Shown: piece after piece, positions 42,524 through 51,701 of the stretch
Numbering within the stretch: position 1 is the first letter of the stretch
How the letters are laid out: each line of letters opens with the position of its first letter
From: a virus
Reading direction: 5' to 3' (one strand)
DNA: 64,000 bases
Virus record (IMG/VR): IMGVR_UViG_3300045988_180769
Span: 1 to 64,000 of that record
The notes under the pieces: generated by a model
What the model was told of the DNA's origin: nothing
Databases searched by the model: none
What the model saw: the letters and a program-made list of their open reading frames with translations, nothing else
Made by a program: the position numbers and the translations under genes

Positions 42524-43188
42524 AATTGAAAACTTTCTCTGTATCGAACAGTTTTTTCATTCATTAATTCACTTTGTCCTTCTCCTCTCAATTTCTTGAT
42601 GTATGATATTAGAAGTTCAGCATTCGCATCAACATCATTCTGTGCTCTATGAGCATCAACGAGATCGACACCTGCCAATTGACAACAAGTTCCCAACTTG
42701 TAATCCATTTGCTCTAACGCTGAAAGATGAGCTATATGCATTGTATCAAGATAAAACTTCACATACCTATCAATATCATCTCCCATAAATTTAAAGAAGT
42801 TTTTGAGGAAAGCATTATCAAAACTAACAATATTGTGACCAGCTAAAGTGCACATTTGTCTTGGATTTTTGTACTTTGTAAACCAATCTCTACATGTTTT
42901 AAAAATCTCTTTCAATGGAACTGAATTCTCATCTTGTGTTTCTTTTGTTATTCCATGTACTTCTAATGCCTGTTGAGAATAAATTAGACCTTCTTTATAT
43001 CCATAAGGAAAAATCATATCAACTCGATCGATAATCTCTAATTTTCTCAGATCAATACAAGACATTGCTATTTCAACACATGGTGAATTTTCGAATGCAA
43101 TAATATCTTTAGTACAAAGATTTCCTGTTTCAAAATCGTAAACGATTACATAATTACAACTACTCTTCATATACTTTATTATTTTCAT
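42517..43188 (-). CDS. DnaQ-like DEDDh 3'-5' exonuclease
   Basis: Exo I is VYDFETGN, Exo II is GHNIVSFDNAFL, and Exo III is HRAQNDVDANAEL. Confidence 0.8.
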   Translation of the reverse strand: MKIIKYMKSSCNYVIVYDFETGNLCTKDIIAFENSPCVEIAMSCIDLRKLEIIDRVDMIFPYGYKEGLIYSQQALEVHGITKETQDENSVPLKEIFKTCRDWFTKYKNPRQMCTLAGHNIVSFDNAFLKNFFKFMGDDIDRYVKFYLDTMHIAHLSALEQMDYKLGTCCQLAGVDLVDAHRAQNDVDANAELLISYIKKLRGEGQSELMNEKTVRYRESFQLC

Positions 43189-43399
43189 TAGACAATACCT
43201 GATACATCTTTATAGTACAGTGTTTTTTTGGCACAACTCTAATTTCATTTCCTCCTAAATATTCTGGAATGTGACCTCTTATCAAATATGCCTGTACATC
43301 ATTTCGATTAAATGGTTTGCCATTTTCTTTGGTGAAATTTTCATTCATCCAATTCATCAAACCTTGTGCATTTACATCTGTTATTAAATACTTCTCCAT
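43160..43399 (-). CDS. hypothetical protein
   Basis: 79-aa ORF. Confidence 0.5.
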   Translation of the reverse strand: MEKYLITDVNAQGLMNWMNENFTKENGKPFNRNDVQAYLIRGHIPEYLGGNEIRVVPKKHCTIKMYQVLSNENNKVYEE

Positions 43400-43400
43400 T

Positions 43401-43793
43401 TTATCTCGCTATTAAAAGTCTTTCATAATCGATATCTCGATCCTCTTCATTTTCATATATCACATAACAATTCTTTATAGGATTGTCTTTAAATGAAGCT
43501 GTTTCATCCTCGAGTTTATTTATAATAATCACTGGCCTTCCATCTTTATCGTAATCCTTTTCTGTTGATATGATTAAAAACTTGAGAAGACTATAATTAT
43601 TTCCAAAGATAAAATTCTTCCTTTTTATCTCATTTTCAAAACCCTGCCATCGAAGAGCTTCTTCATATACTTTATCAAGATTAGAAGAATCAGGAAACTC
43701 CATATAATCTTCCAATCTTGATGCTAATCTTTTTGCTCCTATGCTTTTAAACACTTCTGTACAAAGTTCAATTATTTCTTGATCTTTACTCAT
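43401..43793 (-). CDS. hypothetical protein
   Basis: 130-aa ORF. Confidence 0.6.
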   Translation of the reverse strand: MSKDQEIIELCTEVFKSIGAKRLASRLEDYMEFPDSSNLDKVYEEALRWQGFENEIKRKNFIFGNNYSLLKFLIISTEKDYDKDGRPVIIINKLEDETASFKDNPIKNCYVIYENEEDRDIDYERLLIAR

Positions 43794-44217
43794 TTTTCTC
43801 TTTTTCTAAAAGTTCTTCTAAATGATCTCTTGAAATTTGATATTTCAATCTCGATCTATCTCCAAAATCATAGATATAATGGCATTCTCTACAAGCCAAT
43901 ACAATATTATCTTCATCACATCTTAACTTTGGATGAGCACCTCTTGAAAGAATGTGACTAAAATAAATCGGCTTCATTGTTGATCCTAAATAAGTTCCAC
44001 AATGGAAACAATAATGAGTTCTTTTCTCCCATATCCTTTCCATTACAACTTGAAGATCATTTTCATCATTCTCTAATGTGGCTCGATTAAACTTCTCTTT
44101 CTTTTTATTAGAAGCACAATCTTTACAAAGCCATTTATTTCGATCGTAAATCTTATGATTTGTTTTGCAACAAACACAAGGCCTTACTTCTTCTTTTTCT
44201 TTTCTGAAATAGGACAT
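43786..44217 (-). CDS. Cys-rich HNH/NinG-like nuclease, putative
   Basis: CVCCKT...CKDCA, then HCFHCG...FSHILSRGAHPKLRCDEDNIVLACRECH (H...N...H His-Me-like arrangement). Confidence 0.4.
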   Translation of the reverse strand: MSYFRKEKEEVRPCVCCKTNHKIYDRNKWLCKDCASNKKKEKFNRATLENDENDLQVVMERIWEKRTHYCFHCGTYLGSTMKPIYFSHILSRGAHPKLRCDEDNIVLACRECHYIYDFGDRSRLKYQISRDHLEELLEKEKNE

Positions 44218-44220
44218 ATC

Positions 44221-44718
44221 TTAATATGTTAATGCACTTTTACATGCATGTTTATATTGACAATCTTTACACTCAATTTCATCATAGAGTAATCCATCGT
44301 ATTCTCCACATAATATAAAACCTCTTGGAGTGTTCCAAAACTTCTTTCTTTGATACTCTATATATTCCTTTGAATAACTATATTTATTACTCTTCAAAGG
44401 ATTAACAAGTCTTCTTTCTCTTTGAAATCTCGATACAATAAAACTCCTTGTACTTGTTCTTTCATTCCATCGTTTTATAGAGTTTAAACTTATACTCTTC
44501 AATAATGTGAAAGATACTCTTCGAGAATAACGATTTTCAGATAAAACAGCCTGAAACAATAAAAACTCCCATATTCCATCAATTGAATTAATCTTTGTTT
44601 CCTCAAAGAAACGATTAATTGCTTTGAGATTTTTTGGAGTTCTTTTCACTTCATATGAAGGAGAACAATTTAATCTTTGTACTAAATACTCAAATATTTC
44701 ACAAAATTCCTCTAACAT
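44221..44718 (-). CDS. hypothetical protein
   Basis: 165-aa ORF, preceded by a promoter-like motif plus hairpin. Confidence 0.65.
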   Translation of the reverse strand: MLEEFCEIFEYLVQRLNCSPSYEVKRTPKNLKAINRFFEETKINSIDGIWEFLLFQAVLSENRYSRRVSFTLLKSISLNSIKRWNERTSTRSFIVSRFQRERRLVNPLKSNKYSYSKEYIEYQRKKFWNTPRGFILCGEYDGLLYDEIECKDCQYKHACKSALTY

Positions 44719-44740
44719 AATAAAATAGTATCTATTGATT

Positions 44741-44770
44741 GTAAAAGAAAGGATGAGTAATCATCCTTTC
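44741..44770 (-). terminator. hairpin with a short T-run, lying downstream of a promoter-like motif (terminator or leader attenuator)
   Basis: GAAAGGATGA (44747-44756) pairs with TCATCCTTTC (44761-44770) across the loop GTAA, followed on the minus strand by TTTTAC. Confidence 0.5.
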
Positions 44771-44774
44771 CAAG

Positions 44775-44790
44775 TCTAAAGATACAAAAC
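44775..44790 (-). promoter_or_regulatory. promoter-like motif (coding strand GTTTTGTATCTTTAGAC)
   Basis: TAAAGATAC at 44777-44785, starting 8 nt after the stop of ORF 44799..45356 and 58 nt upstream of the ATG at 44718. Confidence 0.45.
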
Positions 44791-44798
44791 ATTCAAAA

Positions 44799-45356
44799 TC
44801 AATCCCACGAAATTTTAAGATTAAGTTTCTCTTCCTGATCATGAACAATAGGTTTGTATCTTGATTCTGTTGTCAAGTCTCTTTCTGCAACAGTATTGTA
44901 TTCCAAAAGAGCTTTCTCTTTATCAACAGATCTTGATATCCATAAACCAATCATTTGATTTGGCTCCATATTTCCAATTGTTACTTTTTGATCAATTGTC
45001 GCTTCATACAATTCAGTCTCAAAAGGTTTACTGTAAGAATCATCTACACTTTCCATATACTGTTCATCTCCACTTTGTGTCAGTAATGTTGCTCCTATCA
45101 TAAAAGTACAGACATTTGTTTCTGGCGATTCAAACCACAACTCAACATTTTCAGCTACTTTCTCAGAATTATTCTGTAAAATTATTGCTCTGTATTGTGT
45201 CTTTGCATCTTTAATTTCTGACAAACTCAATTCATCAAACAAGTTTCCATTAACATCATTGGGAACACGAGTTGAAGATGGAAATCCACCCAAAGAATTG
45301 ATATAATTCGTTTGAGGTTGTAAATATCCTGAACTTACTGTATAATATAATTTCAT
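44799..45356 (-). CDS. hypothetical protein, probable virion component
   Basis: 185-aa ORF at the head of the structural block. The call is by position only. Confidence 0.6.
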   Translation of the reverse strand: MKLYYTVSSGYLQPQTNYINSLGGFPSSTRVPNDVNGNLFDELSLSEIKDAKTQYRAIILQNNSEKVAENVELWFESPETNVCTFMIGATLLTQSGDEQYMESVDDSYSKPFETELYEATIDQKVTIGNMEPNQMIGLWISRSVDKEKALLEYNTVAERDLTTESRYKPIVHDQEEKLNLKISWD

Positions 45357-45359
45357 CTC

Positions 45360-46193
45360 TTAATTTGATTTTGGAAAATTAGCCAAAGACCAATATTCTG
45401 ATTTAACTGTATTGTCAATAGAAACGACTCCTCCATTGTTTCTCACTCTCGCAATATAGAATTCGTTTTCTGATTTTACAGGAGGTTGTTCTAATGTCAC
45501 CTCTTGTACCAAACTGAAATTGTAGTAACTATATGTATAAAGTCCTTTCAATTGCTCATCTGTGAAAACTTTTCCCAATGGAATTGTACCTAAAATAATA
45601 ACTTGAAGATTAGTTTCTGCAACAAAATCTGACGCTGATGTTAACACAAGATTTTGATTATCGATTACATTAACAATCTCATAAATACCATTATTCAAAG
45701 GTAGTGAACCATCTTCTTTGATAAATCTTATTGCAACTGGAGTTTTTCCTGATTGTCCTCTTACTTTTCCACTAAAATCAACTGTTCCAGTTACAACACC
45801 TTTTTGATTTACACTCACTAAACCATTTTCATAATTCTTCGTTGTATAACCTACTTTCAACCAATAATAGGTGCTATCAGCAGGAATTGAGAAGTTGTCA
45901 TAAATATTTGTTAAGTTCACTACTTGTCCCAAAGCATTTACTGTCATTCCTGGAAGAATTTGAACTGTTCCTCCTGTTGTTCCTTGTTGCACTTCAAATG
46001 GATTTAAATCTACAAAACCATCTTTTGTTACAAAGTCAGGATTAAACACTTTAGGATTGTTTGTTACAATACCATAAGTATAACTCGTTGCAACAAGAAT
46101 CTGTCCAAGTGGATGATTCTGTAAGAAGCTCTGTAAATTCATTACTTCTTCCTTCTCTAAGAAGGTGTTTCTATTTACATTAATCTGTGTCAT
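45360..46193 (-). CDS. hypothetical protein, probable baseplate/fiber-associated
   Basis: 277-aa beta-rich ORF adjacent to the giant fiber genes. The call is by position only. Confidence 0.6.
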   Translation of the reverse strand: MTQINVNRNTFLEKEEVMNLQSFLQNHPLGQILVATSYTYGIVTNNPKVFNPDFVTKDGFVDLNPFEVQQGTTGGTVQILPGMTVNALGQVVNLTNIYDNFSIPADSTYYWLKVGYTTKNYENGLVSVNQKGVVTGTVDFSGKVRGQSGKTPVAIRFIKEDGSLPLNNGIYEIVNVIDNQNLVLTSASDFVAETNLQVIILGTIPLGKVFTDEQLKGLYTYSYYNFSLVQEVTLEQPPVKSENEFYIARVRNNGGVVSIDNTVKSEYWSLANFPKSN

Positions 46194-46208
46194 ATATCTT
46201 TTTCTTAA

Positions 46209-49200
46209 TTAAAACCAATTTGGATACTGATCATGAAGATCTTGATATTCTGTTAAACTTGTACAATTATAATAGCAATTAGTATGAGCGATTTGACTCA
46301 TTGATGGGAAACCATCAAAAGTTAATTGGAATGCTGGATCAAACATAAATGGCATTGGTAGATCCAGATAAACTCCATATTTGTTATACAATTCACAATA
46401 TGGAGCGTTTATCAATTTCGAACAATTATAGAACAAATTGTTATAAGCCAAACAAGTTTTAAATAAGCCACTTGTTATTGTAGCATTCGAAATTGAATAT
46501 CCAAATGGATACTTATCCATATTAGTCAAGTTTATACATCCTGAAAACATTTCAACTACAGATTGAATACTATTGCTACTTGCTGGTATAATCGTTGAAC
46601 CAATTGTTCTTAGGTTTGTACAATTCTTAAAACATCCCACATAAGAAGCACATTTATCGCTAACAAAGTAATTACTTGGAATTGTCACAACGCCACTTCC
46701 TTCAAAAGTGCTTTGACATAATATAGCATCGTTGAGCTTTATATTATCAATATTCAAAAGAACTTTATTATCCATAAATGTTTGAACCCAAGAAATACTT
46801 AATGTTGCATGTACATTAAATGCATTCGAGCTTACTTGTGATAAGTTCGTACTCGCGAATGCCTGTGTAAATACAGCTGTATTTACATTTCCAATAAATG
46901 AATTAGACTGTAATGATGTTATTCCTGTACCTGCACAAAAATATGTCGCATCGCAATCACTTCCACTCATAAATGAAATTTGACATGGTGCACTTAGAGA
47001 TGTACATCTTCTAAACATTCCAATACAATTGATAATGTTTATGGCGTTTATATCAAATTGTATGCTCGTTAGAATAGAGCAATCTTGAAACATACTACCA
47101 ACAGTACATCCTTGTCCTGATGGTGAAATTTGTCCAGTTACATTTGTAATTTTTGTACCAGCAAAAGTCCTATAATAATTATCTACTCCATATCCACCAA
47201 GATAATTTGTAAGATTTATAGCTCCACTAATATTACTTCCTTCATAAGTAGAGATATAACTTGTTCCAAACGATAATTGATTCGAAGGAACACTCTTTAA
47301 TGAAGAGCAATTGAAAAAGAAGTAATCTGTACTACCAGATATCAATCCTGTTGTCCATGATGCAACTTCTGTCAATTTCGAACAATTTGCAAACGCTCTT
47401 TCTGTGAATGAAGTGGAAACCTTTGTTGTAAACCATTTAACCACTCTTCTTAATTGTGTTTGGAACGAAACTAATGGATATGGTTGGCCCCAGATCATTT
47501 GAACAGTTTGATCATTAAAATCAAAAGTGATCGTATAAGTTCCCATTGTTCCATATGTATGAGAAATTGTTCCAATTGTTTGAGATCCATCTCCCCAATT
47601 TACTCTTAAATTGCCCAATCCTGTTACAGAAGTATTCTGAATTGGTAATGATACTGGTTCGCCATTCGTAGAAGTTTGAATTTCTATTACAGCTCCATCT
47701 TCCATTGTAATATAAACAGTCTTTGAAGTTTCTGTTGGTCCTACTGTATATTGACCATTTACAGTGAAATAATATGGTGAAGTTGCACTATATCCATATA
47801 TATCACCAGCAGGTACATACCATTGAACTGTTCCTGATGTTCCAGTCACACCACTACTTATTCTATCAGTTACAGTCACACCACTAATTGGCTGACCAGC
47901 TGTGTTTCGAACATTGTATGTCACCATACATTTATTTCTTGGCATTACAACATTCACTGTAGTATCCATCTCTAAAACAGTTCCTGAACCACTTTGACTT
48001 TGATATGCATCTTTTGTCGCCTGCCATGAAAATGCTGTACCTGCTGGATAAGAACTAAAAATACAATAACCTGAACTACTTATGTAGTTTAATGTTCCAT
48101 TACATCTTATCGCTACATCAGAAAGATAATTACCTGAATCATCTCTTACCCAAAAAATAATCGAATAATATTTAGCCCCTAATTCAATAGGAAATATTGG
48201 TGTCGCCTTATTAACAGTAAAGAATGTAGTATTACTTGGATAAACTGGTAATTTACTCGCAGTACAAATCAATGAATTATCTGACATAGGAACATTATAA
48301 AATAATGCATTTCCATCAGCACCTGAAACTGAACTCGTATTATTAAAGTTTACACTCGCACCTTGAATTGCTCTTTGTGTTCCTCCATAATTCTCATAAC
48401 AAAAAATCGTAACTGTTGTAGTCTTTCTTATGAAAGTCAAATTTACAGTCATGTTATTATACACTGTAAAGTCAGATTCCAGATCTGTGAAATATGTTCC
48501 ATACTTTGCAATGTAATGATAAGTACCTGCTGCAAGTTGAACTACAACTCTACCATTGGCATCTGTTGCCACAGTAGTTTCTCCATCAATTGTTATCGAA
48601 GCACCCTCTAATGTGTTTTGTCCTTCTTTGGCAATAAAAGTCACATTATAAAGAACTGCATCTTTTTCTGTCAATCTTATAGTGTAGTTGTTTTGACCTT
48701 GTACAATGTTTAAATTTCCTGAATTAGGTTTGTAATCTGTATGTGATGCTGTCCAAGGCCAAGTACCAAGAATTAAACTCCAATTCCCTGCAATACCATT
48801 AATATTAGAATATTTTGTTTCTCCATTGATTGTAACTGCAGCATTATTTATCGCAGTGCTTGTTGCATTATCTACAACAGTAACTGTAAGAGTTCCTCTT
48901 GTTTTGGCGAGATCAACAACAATTGCGATTGACTGATTTGTCAAAACTGCTGTTCCTGTTTGAATATCGTATCCTGTTCTTGTTACTGACCAAGGATAAG
49001 CACCTGGAATCTTAGTAAATGTAACATTACCTCTACCATCTGTATTCAAAGTTTCCTCATTACTTCCTGAACCAACTACTACTGGTTGATTAACTACTGG
49101 CTGTCCATCAATTCGAACTGTAAATACGATATTATAGGTTATCAACTTCAATACAACATTCACTGTTTTATTGAAACTATTTACAATTACAACTCCTTGT

Positions 49201-51647
49201 TGCAGATAATAACCATCTTTATTTACTGTCCAGTTATACGATCCTGAAATTCTTACAAATTGAGCTTTTCCTTGTTCATCTGTATTAATTGATTCTGTAC
49301 CAATAGTAATAAGAGCGTCTGCAAGTGGTTGATCGTTTATATCAACAACTGTAAAATCGATTGTGTATCCTATTTGAATAAGATTAATCTCTTTTATAAC
49401 TGGTTGGCCATTGATTGTTATTTGACCTTGTTGTGTATAAAATTCTGTTTTTGTAACTTGCCAATTATATGTTCCATCAATCTCTGAAAATACAACTGTT
49501 CCATTGGCATCTGTTTGCAAAGTCATTCCATTGAATGTAACATTTGCTTTCGCAACTGGAAGGCCATTACTTCGAACAATAAATGTTGCATCATACTTAG
49601 GAACAGGATTAAACTGCACATCTATGATTGCATTATTATAAATCGTAAAATCAGCTTCTTTTGTAACAAAGCCTTCTTTAACGACTTTATAGTGATATGT
49701 ACCTGCTGCTAATACAAAACCTGTTCCCAATCCTTGAGCATTCGTTACTCCTGTTTGAGGATCAATATCTGTACCAGTAACTAATATTGATGCACCTGAA
49801 ACTGGATCGACACCATTTCGAACTCTAAATGTAACATTGTAATATGGAATTTTTTCGAGCTCGATTTCAATATTGGTACTATCGATAATCTCAGCATTTC
49901 TTCTTATCGTATAATAATCTTCATACTCGACAACATATGGATAAATTCCTGGAAACACATCAAATGTTGCAATACCACTTGAACTTGTATACTGAATCTT
50001 ACCTCCAAAAGTGATCTTTACATTCTGCATCAATTCTTTTGTTACAGAGTCTCTCACATAGAATGTGACCACTCTTTCATAGGCCAAACCTGGAAGTTGA
50101 ATATACTCAACAGAATCTTTTGTTACAATCAAAACTCCTTCAACTTCATTAAAGTTCTCTGCTGTCGCTTTATAATACCATTGCCCTCTTGGAAGTATAA
50201 TAGATGCTTCACCATTTACATCTGTTTTTAACATTTGTCCATTTATCTCAATAGAAGTGTTTGGTATATATTTATTTCTACTTGAAAACACTTTAAAAAG
50301 TACTCTATAAGTCTCTTCTCCAGTATATGGTCTAATCAATTCACTACCAAAAACATTCTTATATCCAATAAGATAGGTTTTTAAGAAGTTTTCTACAGAG
50401 AATTTCGCCTGATAAGAGTTATTCTTATAATATGCTGCAATGATATCTCTTTCTCCAAGATAACCCTGAGAAAATGGCAAATACAATGGTTTTACTTTGA
50501 AGTCATATACATAAGCATAAGGTGAATTCGATTCTGGTGTTCTATCCTGAATAAATATTGGTGCTATGTATTTCATATTAGGAAGAATTGACAATGCTCT
50601 TCCAGTTGCGAAATTTAAACTTGGTGCATTGAGGAATTTCTCATTTGTTGATAAAAGAAGTCCTTTTATGTAATAATACATTCCTTCGTTTGGCAAATTC
50701 AAATATTCAGCAGTATGAAACCATATCGAATTTCCTGTGATCTGTCCATTTTCGAGAACTCCCATTTCAAGTGGAGCTCCATCTGTTGTTTCATAACCTG
50801 CAACACCAAACTTTAAATTTTCATTAGTTGTTCCTGAAACTTTTACTTGTAATGAAATCTCATAGCTTAAATTAGGATCAATGAGAATAAGTTTACTTAA
50901 ATCCTCTCTTCCATCAATACCAACCATTTGATTTCCAAAGAAAGTCATTGCATTAAAGATCTCACCATCGTCACCATTTTCATCTTGTGTCAAACTAATG
51001 TTTCCTGATGGAAATAATGGATAGTTGTCTAATGACTCTACTCCTTTTGTATATTCGAATGCTTTTGTTACATTCATTACAGTATTCGTTCGATCATAAG
51101 TTGGAGAACTATGACCCATCGCCCATCCTGTACTTTCAGGTTTCAATAAAGCAAAGATAAATTCATCTAATGAATTGTATCTAATTAAGCGAAGGAGTTC
51201 TCCTAAGATTTCTCCTTCTTTGCTTATAATATCTAATCGTCCTCTTTTTGAATATTCCAGTAAATAATTATAGAAGAGATATTCCATTTGATCCTGACTA
51301 TCTACAAGATTAGTCACAAGACCTCTGTTTTGAATAAAGAGTTCGAATAATATCTTGTTTGAATCAATTTCCTTATACTTTCGAGCATAGAGAACTGTTA
51401 ATGCAAACATATGTGTTATCGTTCCCCAAAAAGCTCTAAAGTCAGGATTATCTTTCTTTTTGATGAAAGTTGGTAAAATTCCGATTCCTTCCAATTTAGC
51501 TAATACATTTTCAGCCCAACCCATAACAGCTTTATCATTTTCTTCGAAAAAGCGACTAAAGACCAGGTTATCATATATTGAAGAACTTGAAGTTATAAAT
51601 AAGTCTCCACATGGATGTTCTTCTCTTGGATCAATTCTTTCTCTCAT
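46209..51647 (-). CDS. giant tail fiber/baseplate-associated protein (1812 aa) with 11 tandem beta-sandwich repeats and a BspA-type LRR C-terminus
   Basis: Uninterrupted 5.4-kb ORF. It has repeats of about 80 aa of the CarboxypepD_reg-like type (Y.V.F.V......G A.V...G...TD..G......G.Y.Y.V) and C-terminal F.NCS.L repeats. Confidence 0.85.
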   Translation of the reverse strand: MRERIDPREEHPCGDLFITSSSSIYDNLVFSRFFEENDKAVMGWAENVLAKLEGIGILPTFIKKKDNPDFRAFWGTITHMFALTVLYARKYKEIDSNKILFELFIQNRGLVTNLVDSQDQMEYLFYNYLLEYSKRGRLDIISKEGEILGELLRLIRYNSLDEFIFALLKPESTGWAMGHSSPTYDRTNTVMNVTKAFEYTKGVESLDNYPLFPSGNISLTQDENGDDGEIFNAMTFFGNQMVGIDGREDLSKLILIDPNLSYEISLQVKVSGTTNENLKFGVAGYETTDGAPLEMGVLENGQITGNSIWFHTAEYLNLPNEGMYYYIKGLLLSTNEKFLNAPSLNFATGRALSILPNMKYIAPIFIQDRTPESNSPYAYVYDFKVKPLYLPFSQGYLGERDIIAAYYKNNSYQAKFSVENFLKTYLIGYKNVFGSELIRPYTGEETYRVLFKVFSSRNKYIPNTSIEINGQMLKTDVNGEASIILPRGQWYYKATAENFNEVEGVLIVTKDSVEYIQLPGLAYERVVTFYVRDSVTKELMQNVKITFGGKIQYTSSSGIATFDVFPGIYPYVVEYEDYYTIRRNAEIIDSTNIEIELEKIPYYNVTFRVRNGVDPVSGASILVTGTDIDPQTGVTNAQGLGTGFVLAAGTYHYKVVKEGFVTKEADFTIYNNAIIDVQFNPVPKYDATFIVRSNGLPVAKANVTFNGMTLQTDANGTVVFSEIDGTYNWQVTKTEFYTQQGQITINGQPVIKEINLIQIGYTIDFTVVDINDQPLADALITIGTESINTDEQGKAQFVRISGSYNWTVNKDGYYLQQGVVIVNSFNKTVNVVLKLITYNIVFTVRIDGQPVVNQPVVVGSGSNEETLNTDGRGNVTFTKIPGAYPWSVTRTGYDIQTGTAVLTNQSIAIVVDLAKTRGTLTVTVVDNATSTAINNAAVTINGETKYSNINGIAGNWSLILGTWPWTASHTDYKPNSGNLNIVQGQNNYTIRLTEKDAVLYNVTFIAKEGQNTLEGASITIDGETTVATDANGRVVVQLAAGTYHYIAKYGTYFTDLESDFTVYNNMTVNLTFIRKTTTVTIFCYENYGGTQRAIQGASVNFNNTSSVSGADGNALFYNVPMSDNSLICTASKLPVYPSNTTFFTVNKATPIFPIELGAKYYSIIFWVRDDSGNYLSDVAIRCNGTLNYISSSGYCIFSSYPAGTAFSWQATKDAYQSQSGSGTVLEMDTTVNVVMPRNKCMVTYNVRNTAGQPISGVTVTDRISSGVTGTSGTVQWYVPAGDIYGYSATSPYYFTVNGQYTVGPTETSKTVYITMEDGAVIEIQTSTNGEPVSLPIQNTSVTGLGNLRVNWGDGSQTIGTISHTYGTMGTYTITFDFNDQTVQMIWGQPYPLVSFQTQLRRVVKWFTTKVSTSFTERAFANCSKLTEVASWTTGLISGSTDYFFFNCSSLKSVPSNQLSFGTSYISTYEGSNISGAINLTNYLGGYGVDNYYRTFAGTKITNVTGQISPSGQGCTVGSMFQDCSILTSIQFDINAINIINCIGMFRRCTSLSAPCQISFMSGSDCDATYFCAGTGITSLQSNSFIGNVNTAVFTQAFASTNLSQVSSNAFNVHATLSISWVQTFMDNKVLLNIDNIKLNDAILCQSTFEGSGVVTIPSNYFVSDKCASYVGCFKNCTNLRTIGSTIIPASSNSIQSVVEMFSGCINLTNMDKYPFGYSISNATITSGLFKTCLAYNNLFYNCSKLINAPYCELYNKYGVYLDLPMPFMFDPAFQLTFDGFPSMSQIAHTNCYYNCTSLTEYQDLHDQYPNWF
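46300..47615 (-). repeat. BspA-like leucine-rich-repeat region preceded by a WGDG/PKD-like module (approximate bounds)
   Basis: RVNWGDGSQTIGTISHTYGTMGTYTITF, followed by ERAFANCSKLTEV, FFFNCSSLKSVP, MFQDCSILTSI, GMFRRCTSLSAP, CFKNCTNLRTI, MFSGCINLTNM and LFYNCSKLINA. Confidence 0.7.
47700..50315 (-). repeat. array of about 11 tandem repeats, each about 240 nt (about 80 aa), beta-sandwich type (approximate bounds)
   Basis: Units begin YRVLFKVF, VVTFYVRD, YNVTFRVR, YDATFIVR, YTIDFTVV, YNIVFTVR, TLTVTVVD, YNVTFIAK, TVTIFCYE, YSIIFWVR and MVTYNVRN. Confidence 0.8.
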
Positions 51648-51701
51648 CTTATTGTTATTTACTGCATAAAAATACTAATTAATCTTTTAATTACAAACTC
51701 C

